Shown in pieces: positions 18,788-27,501 of a stretch of 64,000 nt of DNA. A program made the translations under genes and the position numbers. Source of the DNA: Thermoproteota archaeon (lineage in GTDB: Archaea > Korarchaeota > Korarchaeia > Korarchaeales > JAOZGB01). The stretch spans positions 32,001 to 96,000 of the forward strand of contig JAVCBU010000012.1 of NCBI GenBank assembly GCA_037917685.1, written 5' to 3'. How positions within the stretch are numbered: position 1 is the stretch's first letter; every line of letters starts with the position of its first letter. The notes under the pieces were generated by a model. It had not been told where the DNA came from. It ran no database searches and saw only the letters and a list, made by a program, of their open reading frames with translations.

Positions 18788-19633
18788 TTAGAGGGACTGA
18801 CCAAGGAAAACTATGACGTATCTCAGGGCTATTCCGCCTATCTGAGTTAGTAGAATAGATAGCCCAAGTATCGCGCCGCTCTCAGCTTTAGACTCTACTA
18901 TAGGCAGTATGATTTCCCCTATGGTGAGGCCTATGATTAGAAACACTGCTATGAATATTGCACCGTACCCAGACAGGCTCAGTAGGGACTGCCTTGCAAC
19001 TGATGGAACCATAGATAGGTATATTGCAACAGCTATAAGTTCTATCAGGGCAAGAATTACCTCGTTCCTTCCAAGTTTAGCTCTAAGTCCCCCTGGAACC
19101 TCTCCTATGTCATGTGTTATACCCATGAATAGTGAGTATCCGGTCGCGAGAGCTGATGCTAGGAAGAGAAGGGGAAGTGCTGGAGAAGACCAGAGAGGCA
19201 TTCTACCATAAGTTAGAAGGATCCCTGTGTAGGCACCGGTCATGAACGCCAGCAGTACTCCTAGGTACCCTATTGGAGTTCTCAGTGGTTTAAGGCTTAT
19301 CTTGACGAGTTTTTCAGGGATTTCCGTGAAAGTTAGCCAGTACGCGAGTGAAAGTATCATGAATCCAACTATTATAAGGGATCCCCAGCTCATTGGGGAA
19401 ACCAGGTGTGGGTGTATCATTGTGTTGAAAGCTCTCTCTGTCCTACCTAGGTCTAGTACAAGCAGGATTATACCGAGGGCTATTATAACCCATGACCAGA
19501 AGGCCCCCCATTCCGCTGTCCTAGAGTACTTGCCGTTGGATTTCAGGTACAGCCATACGGATGATGCAAAACAGCCTGCGCTCAGCCCTCCTAGGAAGAG
19601 GTATATGGTTACCATCCACCCCCATACCATCAT
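18788..19633 (-). CDS. NrfD/PsrC-family membrane anchor
   Basis: WGWMVTIYLFLGGLSAG, DLGR.ER, SPMSWG, YTG.LL. Confidence 0.9.
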   Translation of the reverse strand: MMVWGWMVTIYLFLGGLSAGCFASSVWLYLKSNGKYSRTAEWGAFWSWVIIALGIILLVLDLGRTERAFNTMIHPHLVSPMSWGSLIIVGFMILSLAYWLTFTEIPEKLVKISLKPLRTPIGYLGVLLAFMTGAYTGILLTYGRMPLWSSPALPLLFLASALATGYSLFMGITHDIGEVPGGLRAKLGRNEVILALIELIAVAIYLSMVPSVARQSLLSLSGYGAIFIAVFLIIGLTIGEIILPIVESKAESGAILGLSILLTQIGGIALRYVIVFLGQSL

Positions 19634-20466
19634 TCTTCATCACCCTCCTTTCCCCTTGATAGTATTGAGAACAGGGCAAGTCCTACAATTCCTGAGGCGG
19701 CTAATGATGGCATCCCCCGTGAAACTTGTTTTGGATATTGTTTCGGCACTTCGGGGAAAACTCCCTCCTTTACTGGGTCGAACCCTGCGGGGAACAGGTA
19801 GATTACTCCAAGGCCGCCTAGCTCGTCGAGGCCGTATATGGTTAGCCCCTTGCTCGACGCTCTTCTCTGCGCCTCAGCAACCATCTCGTTTCTCTCCCCG
19901 AATCTTAGAGCGTCAGCGGGGCAGACTTCGACGCATGCTGGGATTTTACCTTGTTGGATGAACTCGAAACATCCATCGCATTTTCTTGTAACATTCGGGG
20001 GGGCATGCTCACCCCACCCCTCGGCCTCGTTGAACTGTGGTACTCCGAATGGGCAGGCTTCAACGCAGTAGCGGCAACCTATGCATCTCCCTGGATCTAT
20101 GTACACGAGGCCATTCCACTTTCTTATTGCTTCCACGGGGCATACGAGCTGGCACATTGCATCCTCACAGTGCATGCAGGAATGTCTGGCGAACGGCGGC
20201 TTTCCTGGTTCTTCAACTCCTGCGACGTAAAGCCAGTTTACGGCTGAAAGCCTGTTTTCAACCATTCCAAGCAGTGGGAAGCCTCTCCTAGTCTTACATG
20301 CGATGTGGCATGCGTTGCAACCGATACATTTTGTTGAGTCGTATAGGATTGAATACCTCGTCTCTCCGGCCTTAACTCTTACGGTTTTTGAAAATATGAG
20401 TAGTGGGAGTGAGATTGCGGCCTTTAGCAGGGTTCTTCTTCCAACTTTTGAGGGGTGGTTGTCCAT
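19630..20466 (-). CDS. HybA/NrfC-type 4x[4Fe-4S] protein with Tat signal and C-terminal TM
   Basis: RRTLLK; CIGCNAC, CMHC..C..CP, CIGCRYC..CP, KCDGC..C..CP. Confidence 0.9.
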   Translation of the reverse strand: MDNHPSKVGRRTLLKAAISLPLLIFSKTVRVKAGETRYSILYDSTKCIGCNACHIACKTRRGFPLLGMVENRLSAVNWLYVAGVEEPGKPPFARHSCMHCEDAMCQLVCPVEAIRKWNGLVYIDPGRCIGCRYCVEACPFGVPQFNEAEGWGEHAPPNVTRKCDGCFEFIQQGKIPACVEVCPADALRFGERNEMVAEAQRRASSKGLTIYGLDELGGLGVIYLFPAGFDPVKEGVFPEVPKQYPKQVSRGMPSLAASGIVGLALFSILSRGKEGDEE

Positions 20467-20480
20467 TGTTTATCACCAGC

Positions 20481-22262
20481 TTATAGGTTGCATAAAGGCC
20501 CGTGAACGGCTGTTCTGAGAAGCCTGTTCCCAAGAAACATGTGGACTGTGCAAGCTAGGCATGGGTCGTAGCTTCTTACCACACGCATGGCGTCTACTCC
20601 CACCCAGTTGTCAGGTGTCCCGTGGTCTTCGGTTACCGGGGAATCTGTTGCAGCAGATTCGACAGGCCCTGGATTACCGTTGGGGTCTCTTGGAGATATG
20701 TTCCATGCAGTTGGTGTGATTATTTGGTACCTATGAATCTTTCCGTCTTTTACAACTATCCAGTGGCCGAGAGCACCCCTTGCAGCCTCATTTAAGCCGA
20801 CGCCCATTGAGAACTTTGGCCTCTGGAATGGTTCCCAGACACTTGTCTTTCCTTTACCCATGTAGTCAATCATGTGCAGTATGTCTAATAGGGCTCCAGC
20901 AGCATAGTAGGCGTGGTTGTAAGCTCTAGCCCTGAGTCTTTCAATTGTGTTTATATATGGGATGCCATCCTTGCTTAGAGAGGGAACTTCCCACTCGAAT
21001 TCCATAGGCTCCCAGAGCTCAGCTGGTAGCATTTCACTCTTGGTCTCTGGGAGGGATATTCTTACTGAGCCGTTACCTGTATGAATCGACGAGTATGGAC
21101 TGTCAAAGTTTGTTAAACCAGCTAATGCTGAAACGTATATCCTTGAAATCGGCCCAGCTTCTACTATGTACATTTTACCATCCTTAACCCATCTTGGAGT
21201 CGTTCCCCAAGAGTATTTCCCATTCCAATCCCTAGACTGTGGCTTCGGCAGAGTTTCCTTATTCCATGGATGATTCTTATCAAGACTGTTTCCGACGGGG
21301 TCCTTGTCGAACTCTCCCTGCCATTCTTCGTAAAAGCTATAATTAACGAACTCTCTGACTCCGAGGTTTACCTCTAGAAGGTCGTGGGTTACAAGTTTAC
21401 CTTCATGAACGATTCCCGGGGGGAATAGTCTTTTGTCACCCCATCTTGACATGTTTTCATATTTACCATCATACTCCTCAGGGTCATCAATGGTACCGTA
21501 GGCTATCATGTCTGCAGGCCTTGCACCAGCCCACTCATATCCCACTTCGTAAAGGAATCTGGCTATATCATCCCATACTGAAACAACAAGTTTTGAGAAT
21601 CCTGCGAGGGTCATAACCATGCTCAGAGCCTGCTCTGCCTCATTGGCGGTCCAAGTTCTTGCGACTCCCCCAGGGATGAAGGTGTTTACGTGAGGATGCT
21701 TGGCCCCGAGCAGAGATGCAAGCTTCCTCGCATGTCTTTCTAACTTTAGGGTATACAGGTATAATGCACCTTTGAACGGGGTTAGAGCCGCCATAAGTTC
21801 TGCCATCGTACTGTAGCCGTGGATATCTCTGTTCTCGCATGTGAACTGGCTTGCGGCATCCCACCATGCCCTGTTAAATTTTGAGACTATAGCTGAGCTA
21901 TATTCTGGTCCAGCAAGCTGGAATAGGTGTATTGGGTGGTCATATAGGATTTCAGCCGCATCCGTAAGGTTTCTGAGCACTATTGCAAGTGGGGGAGGGC
22001 TGGTTTGAAGGGCCATGTCGTTAGCTAAAGCAGCCGCATAGGCATGAGGAACGGGGCATACACCGCATATTCTCTGATTTATGAATATTGAATCCGGCGG
22101 GTCTCTGTTTTTCAGTATTATCTCGAACCCTCTGAACATCGTAGCATAGCTATGAGCGTCAGTTATAACCCTTGCATCTGCGTCCATAACCACATGGATT
22201 GCCATGTGGCCTTCAATCCTTGTGATAGGATCTAGAATCAACTCAACTTTACCCATCTTCAC
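20481..22262 (-). CDS. Group 1 [NiFe]-hydrogenase large subunit
   Basis: PITRIEGH, L1 QRICGVCPVPH, EAARGALGH, L2 YDPCLACTVH with cleavable C-terminal tail. Confidence 0.96.
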   Translation of the reverse strand: MKMGKVELILDPITRIEGHMAIHVVMDADARVITDAHSYATMFRGFEIILKNRDPPDSIFINQRICGVCPVPHAYAAALANDMALQTSPPPLAIVLRNLTDAAEILYDHPIHLFQLAGPEYSSAIVSKFNRAWWDAASQFTCENRDIHGYSTMAELMAALTPFKGALYLYTLKLERHARKLASLLGAKHPHVNTFIPGGVARTWTANEAEQALSMVMTLAGFSKLVVSVWDDIARFLYEVGYEWAGARPADMIAYGTIDDPEEYDGKYENMSRWGDKRLFPPGIVHEGKLVTHDLLEVNLGVREFVNYSFYEEWQGEFDKDPVGNSLDKNHPWNKETLPKPQSRDWNGKYSWGTTPRWVKDGKMYIVEAGPISRIYVSALAGLTNFDSPYSSIHTGNGSVRISLPETKSEMLPAELWEPMEFEWEVPSLSKDGIPYINTIERLRARAYNHAYYAAGALLDILHMIDYMGKGKTSVWEPFQRPKFSMGVGLNEAARGALGHWIVVKDGKIHRYQIITPTAWNISPRDPNGNPGPVESAATDSPVTEDHGTPDNWVGVDAMRVVRSYDPCLACTVHMFLGNRLLRTAVHGPLCNL

Positions 22263-23536
22263 TCACCTCCTTCCCCGGATTCCTTTTCGGCTTCCTCATG
22301 GGGTTTCCCGGTTGTTTTAGACCTACCAGTGAGATAATAAGTTATAGCTCCACCTGCAATAGCTCCCGCTATCGCACCAGCGATCGCGGGGGATTTCGGA
22401 GCTGGAACCTGAACTGGCGTGGGAGTCTCTTTCGGTAGAGCTAGCTCAGGAAGCTCTTTCAGGAAGGGAGCATACGGTTCATCAGGGAAGCCGGGCATTG
22501 TGCATCCTATACATGGTGACCCGTACTCGGTACACATTCCTACTCCTTCAACAAATGCCAATTTATTCATTGGACAGTGTACTACTGGCCCCTTGCATCC
22601 TAATGCGAACATGCAGAACTGTTCGCCGTAGTTCTTTGAAAACTCTCCAAGAGAGAAGTAGACTCCTCTTGAGCATGTTTCATGGACTGTTTCTCCGTAC
22701 AGGAAGATTGGCCTATGATATTCGTCAACCTCTGGAGGTGGGAGAAGACCCTGAACCGTTAGTAGTAGATGACCTATTGTTTTGACTTGCCAATCCCCTC
22801 CTGCGGGGCATCCTGGGACATTAATGACTGGCAGCCCAAGCGCGCTCTTCCAGTCATGGCCTAGGACATCGTATACCCCTCTTGACTTGGTTGGATTAGG
22901 GGTTCCACTTGGAATTCCACCATACGTCGCACATGTCCCAATTGCAACAACCGCTGCAGCCTTTGAGGCAAGGTTTTTAACCCAGTCTTCCATGTAATAG
23001 ATCTTTTCATCTCTTTCGCCTATCGAGCAGTAAAAACCTCCGGCAGCCTTAGCCTCATCTTCGGTGGGAACCGATCCTTCAACCACCAGAACAAAGGGAT
23101 CTAGTGCGCCTTCATATGCACGCTCTATTATTCTATTGGCATCCCATTCGATTGCTGTGGGTCCTTCTGGGCCTTCGAGATGGTCTACACCCCACTGGGG
23201 CATTAATGTAGCGTGATAGTCCAGAGACACCTCAGGGACGCCCTTAACCTGGCCTATGAGTACATCTACTATGCTGGGATCTACAGAGTTAAGGAGAGCT
23301 ACGCTGTCCCCGCTACATGTCTGCCCCTGAATCCACACTATGTGGATCAATCCTTGGCCTGTCTTCAGCATTTTCTTGACCTGGTCTGCAGCTAGAATCA
23401 GTGTTTCATCAGCTTTTACTAGTTTGGACATGGAGAGGATGGCTGCGTAGACAAGTCCGGTTTTTAGGAAGCTTCTCCTAGTTACCTTCATTTGTATCGT
23501 GAGTTTCGATAACGTGCTTCTTATAAAGCTTTCCAT
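22259..23536 (-). CDS. [NiFe]-hydrogenase small subunit, Tat signal and C-terminal TM anchor
   Basis: RRSFLK; CSGD, GTCATYGG, PGCP, HETC, C..GCKG..C, C..CIGC. Confidence 0.95.
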   Translation of the reverse strand: MESFIRSTLSKLTIQMKVTRRSFLKTGLVYAAILSMSKLVKADETLILAADQVKKMLKTGQGLIHIVWIQGQTCSGDSVALLNSVDPSIVDVLIGQVKGVPEVSLDYHATLMPQWGVDHLEGPEGPTAIEWDANRIIERAYEGALDPFVLVVEGSVPTEDEAKAAGGFYCSIGERDEKIYYMEDWVKNLASKAAAVVAIGTCATYGGIPSGTPNPTKSRGVYDVLGHDWKSALGLPVINVPGCPAGGDWQVKTIGHLLLTVQGLLPPPEVDEYHRPIFLYGETVHETCSRGVYFSLGEFSKNYGEQFCMFALGCKGPVVHCPMNKLAFVEGVGMCTEYGSPCIGCTMPGFPDEPYAPFLKELPELALPKETPTPVQVPAPKSPAIAGAIAGAIAGGAITYYLTGRSKTTGKPHEEAEKESGEGGE

Positions 23537-23826
23537 TTTGTGGGTAATCGAATTTAAGAAGTTTTAAATAAGTAGTATCTCCATGAGTCTTACTTATTTT
23601 AATCATATTTTTTATTTATTTAAATATTACAATAAATAGCTTAAATTAAAAGTTTTAAGGTTGGAAAAAACATTTCTAACTTTCACATAACTTGTTCATG
23701 CATCTCGTACCCGCATTCCTGTTGAAACGGCTTTAAGGTGTACTTCTCCGTTGAGAAGGCCAACGTCAAACAATATATGATATTTTAGATTTCGTCTAAC
23801 TTGTAAGGAGCGTGAATCAAATCTTC

Positions 23827-24333
23827 CTATCTCTGGAGTTGCATTATAAGGTTCATTATTTTACTCCTGAGCATGTTTTCCAATATTGGTATTGAGGCTT
23901 TAATCTCTGGTGAAATCTCCATCCTCACGGATGTGTCCTTAGGTTGGATCCCAGCTATGATAACCTTGGATGGCAGCTTGTTCAGAGCTTTAAGTAGGGC
24001 AAGGAGGCTTTCCACGTCGAATTCATGATAGGACATTGAAAACAGTAAATTGGAGTTTTCACTTTTAACCTCTATTATATCTTCTCTGGCGACTTCTTTC
24101 ACAAAGATCTCGCCCGGCTTCAATCCTTGGTCAACTGCATCGACTATTACTAGGCAATCCACGTTTTCCACATCGTAGATCAGGTCTATAATGCTTGTCC
24201 CGTACCATCTGGTTTTAACGTTCTCAGGTAAACCTTTATCTTCAAGTAGTCGGATAACGTGGAGGCCTAGGGCATCGTCTCCTTTTAGTTCGTTGCCTAC
24301 TCCCGCTACAAGTATTAACGGTTCACCATGCAT
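23827..24333 (-). CDS. Hydrogenase maturation endopeptidase
   Basis: GVGNEL.GDD.LG, VDAVD, H, GIQP. Confidence 0.92.
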   Translation of the reverse strand: MHGEPLILVAGVGNELKGDDALGLHVIRLLEDKGLPENVKTRWYGTSIIDLIYDVENVDCLVIVDAVDQGLKPGEIFVKEVAREDIIEVKSENSNLLFSMSYHEFDVESLLALLKALNKLPSKVIIAGIQPKDTSVRMEISPEIKASIPILENMLRSKIMNLIMQLQR

Positions 24334-24431
24334 ACGATTTACACCACATAGAAGGTTTTAAAATGACTATTCATGTAGGGTGTTCTATGGCTGGTGATGT
24401 TTAAATAATGATAGGGGGTGCTACCTTACAT

Positions 24432-24662
24432 ATGTGTCTGGCGATTCCCGGCTATGTGGTTGAGGTTAGGGGAAGGGAGGCTCTGGTTGACTTTATGGGT
24501 ACAAAGAAGACTGTCAATGTTAGTTTGTTGGAGGATGTTAGCCCTGGGGATTATGTGATCGTTCATGTCGGGTTTGCCATCCAGAAGCTCAGCCCTGAGG
24601 AGGCTGAGGAAAGCCTCAAACTTTGGAGGGGGATGCTTGGGCAGCTTGGGGTCCATATTTGA
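24432..24662 (+). CDS. hypC: Hydrogenase maturation chaperone HypC
   Basis: MCLAIPG start at 24432; VIVHVGFAI. Confidence 0.95.
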   Translation: MCLAIPGYVVEVRGREALVDFMGTKKTVNVSLLEDVSPGDYVIVHVGFAIQKLSPEEAEESLKLWRGMLGQLGVHI

Positions 24663-25722
24663 ACCATATATTGCAAGCCCCCTCCGCCGAAACCATACAT
24701 GGGCCGTATGGCCTGCTGGGTGTACACGCTTTTCCGAAGAGCTTGCAGTCGGTTGGGTAGGCTGATCCCACTACAACCTTGTGGCAAAGGCACCCAGGTG
24801 GGTTTCCCGGCGGTTCTCCTATGTCTATGTCGAAGTGGAAGCGTGCATCATAATCTGAGTACTCCTCCTTGAGGTACAATCCTGACTCTTTAACTACCCC
24901 TATGCCCCTCCACCTTGCATCTTCAACCTTAAATACCTGGTACATTAGTCTTTTCGCTTTAACGTTGCCCTCTGGTGTAACAGATCTCACATATTCATTT
25001 ACGTTTCTAGGCTTCCCCTCAGCTATCTGCTTAAGTATTATTAGAACCGCCATTAGGACATCTGCAGGCTCAAAGCCAGCCGTTACAACGGGGATTCCCC
25101 TCTCTGCAACAAAACTCCATGAGTTGTACCCTATTATTGTTGAAACATGCCCTGGAGCTATCACCCCGTCAATCCTGACCTCGCCCATGTCTAGGAGTGC
25201 CTTCATAACGGGGGGTGTGAGCCTAACCGATGTCAGCATGTAGTAGTTGGCTGGTGGATCTAGGGTTAGGGTTGCCGCGATTGCAGGGGCTGTCGTCTCA
25301 AACCCTACTGCGAAGAACACCACCTTCCTGCTTGTTTTTCTTGCTATCCTCAACGCATCTTCAGGGCTGTAGATCACTCTAACTTTCCCTCCTTTTGCTC
25401 TCGCCTTCCATAGACTCAGATCCCCGGCTGGAACCCTTACAATGTCCCCGAAGGATACAACCATCGTGTCCTCAGCCATCGAGAGTTTTATGGCTTCCAT
25501 TATGTCAGCCGTGTCTGCCACGCATACCGGACATCCCGGCCCGGGGATGAGCTCAACATTCTCCGGTACCAGGCTCCTTATGCCATAATAGGTTATTGTG
25601 TGCTCATGAGTTCCACAGAAGTTCATAATTTTCACATGTCCAAGGCTTGAGGATACCTCCGCTATTTTCCTGGAGATCAGCATGCAGAGTTCTCTATCTC
25701 TGTAGTTTTTAGAGGTGGCCAT
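24616..25722 (-). CDS. hypD: Hydrogenase maturation protein HypD
   Basis: CGTH, GPGCPVC, GFETT, PGHVS, CMVS.EG.C. Confidence 0.96.
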   Translation of the reverse strand: MATSKNYRDRELCMLISRKIAEVSSSLGHVKIMNFCGTHEHTITYYGIRSLVPENVELIPGPGCPVCVADTADIMEAIKLSMAEDTMVVSFGDIVRVPAGDLSLWKARAKGGKVRVIYSPEDALRIARKTSRKVVFFAVGFETTAPAIAATLTLDPPANYYMLTSVRLTPPVMKALLDMGEVRIDGVIAPGHVSTIIGYNSWSFVAERGIPVVTAGFEPADVLMAVLIILKQIAEGKPRNVNEYVRSVTPEGNVKAKRLMYQVFKVEDARWRGIGVVKESGLYLKEEYSDYDARFHFDIDIGEPPGNPPGCLCHKVVVGSAYPTDCKLFGKACTPSRPYGPCMVSAEGACNIWFKYGPQAAQASPSKV

Positions 25723-25764
25723 GCCAATGTTTAAGGCTATTCTTTATTATTAAATTCTGTGTAG

Positions 25765-26793
25765 GTGGTCCTTGTGGAGGATGAGATAACCCTGTCAGAC
25801 GGTGCCGGAGGCCAACTTATGGAGGAACTTGTCAAAAACATCTTCGTCGATGGATTTACGCTTAAGAGGGCGTTGAACGGAGTCGGCCTTGAAGCCCTGG
25901 ACGATGGTGCCTCATTAATGGTTAACAGGGGGGAGATTGTTGTCTCAATCGACAGTCATACTGTTAGCCCTATCTTCTTCCCTGGAGGTGACATCGGCCG
26001 TCTTGCAGTGGCCGGAACTATCAATGATGTCTCAGTTATGGGAGCTAGGCCCATAGCCATACTGGATGCTATAGTAGTGGAGGAAGGGTTTAGCAAATCC
26101 AGCCTGAAGAGAATAGTTGATTCGATGGATGAAACAGCGAGGGAAGTAGGTGTCTCAATCATATCGGGTGATTTTAAGGTAATGCCTAAGGGAAGCCTTG
26201 ACTCTATCCTGATAACTACATGCGGCGTGGGATTAGCTACCAACGGTGTCATTACTGATGCTGGTGCAAGGCCTGGAGACAAGGTTATAGTCACAGGCTA
26301 TGTCGGAGACCATGGAGCTGCACTCCTATCTGCCAGGGAGGGGATAAGCTTTGAGTCCAATATAGTTTCAGACGTGCAACCTGTATGGAGGGCTGTTGAG
26401 GCTGCATTAAAAGTGGGTGGGGTTCACGCCATGAAAGATCCTACAAGGGGAGGGCTTGCCCAGGCTTTAAATGAGATCGCCGAAAAGTCGAGGGTTAGCG
26501 TATGGATTAGAGAGAGCGAAATACCCATCAGAGACGAGGTTAGAGGCTTGTCAGAGGTTCTCGGTTTAAGCCCCTACGAGCTGCATAATGAGGGAATGGT
26601 AATAATAATCGCCGATGGAGGTCTTGCAGATGAAATTCTCAGAGAGGTTAGGAAAACGAAGGAAGGCGGAAACGCTAGGATCATTGGGGAAGTCATGGAG
26701 AAGCATCCTGGAAAGGTATTCCTTGAGACTGAGATCGGGGGGGTGAGATTCCTTTCAAAACCTGTGGGAGAACCGCTTCCAAGAATATGCTAG
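25765..26793 (+). CDS. hypE: Hydrogenase maturation protein HypE
   Basis: FPGGDIG.LA..GT.ND, DPTRGG, C-terminal LPRIC. Confidence 0.96.
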   Translation: MVLVEDEITLSDGAGGQLMEELVKNIFVDGFTLKRALNGVGLEALDDGASLMVNRGEIVVSIDSHTVSPIFFPGGDIGRLAVAGTINDVSVMGARPIAILDAIVVEEGFSKSSLKRIVDSMDETAREVGVSIISGDFKVMPKGSLDSILITTCGVGLATNGVITDAGARPGDKVIVTGYVGDHGAALLSAREGISFESNIVSDVQPVWRAVEAALKVGGVHAMKDPTRGGLAQALNEIAEKSRVSVWIRESEIPIRDEVRGLSEVLGLSPYELHNEGMVIIIADGGLADEILREVRKTKEGGNARIIGEVMEKHPGKVFLETEIGGVRFLSKPVGEPLPRIC

Positions 26794-26828
26794 AGGTTTC
26801 CTAAAACTGGCTTAAAGCTTAAATTCTC

Positions 26829-27371
26829 TTATCCCCCAAGGATTTCCTCTATAATTGATGTTATTTCACGTTCCACAGATTGGGAGTAGCCAGACTCCCT
26901 ATAACGAACCATTCCATCTTTATCTATCACGACAAATGTTGGAATAGCCCTAACATTGTAGAAGTCAGCCACGGCTCCTTCAGGGTCAAGTAAAACAGTC
27001 CACGCCATCTTATGCCTATTAGCAAATTCTAGCACCACGTCTGAGCTCTCGCCAAGGTTTATCGATAATATTACCAGCCCTCTATCAGAATATTCGCTAT
27101 ATAGTCTTGAAAGGAATGGTATTGCCTTTCTACAGGGTCCACACCACGTAGCCCAAAAGTCTAGAAGTACAACACTACCCTTAAGCTCAGACAATTTAAC
27201 AGTTTCTCCCCTGGTAGATTTAAGCTCGAAATCCGGCGCTTCAGATCCAACCATACCTTTAGGCTTAGCTTCAAAGCCCATTCTTTCCAGAATAAATGGA
27301 ACTACTGCTAGACTAGCTATGACTAACAGGAATATAAGGATTACAATGCCCCCTTTGGACATTACACCCAC
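26829..27371 (-). CDS. TlpA/ResA-family membrane-anchored thiol-disulfide oxidoreductase
   Basis: FWATWCGPC; N-terminal TM. Confidence 0.9.
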   Translation of the reverse strand: MGVMSKGGIVILIFLLVIASLAVVPFILERMGFEAKPKGMVGSEAPDFELKSTRGETVKLSELKGSVVLLDFWATWCGPCRKAIPFLSRLYSEYSDRGLVILSINLGESSDVVLEFANRHKMAWTVLLDPEGAVADFYNVRAIPTFVVIDKDGMVRYRESGYSQSVEREITSIIEEILGG

Positions 27372-27501
27372 CTATCTAGATATGGCTTATCTTAAATGAA
27401 TAGATACAATGTATCGAGGAGGCACACTGTAAATATAAATTATGATTTTGTCTGCTTGTAAGGCAATGTTTAAAGCATAAAGAAAGTAACATGTTGCTTA
27501 T

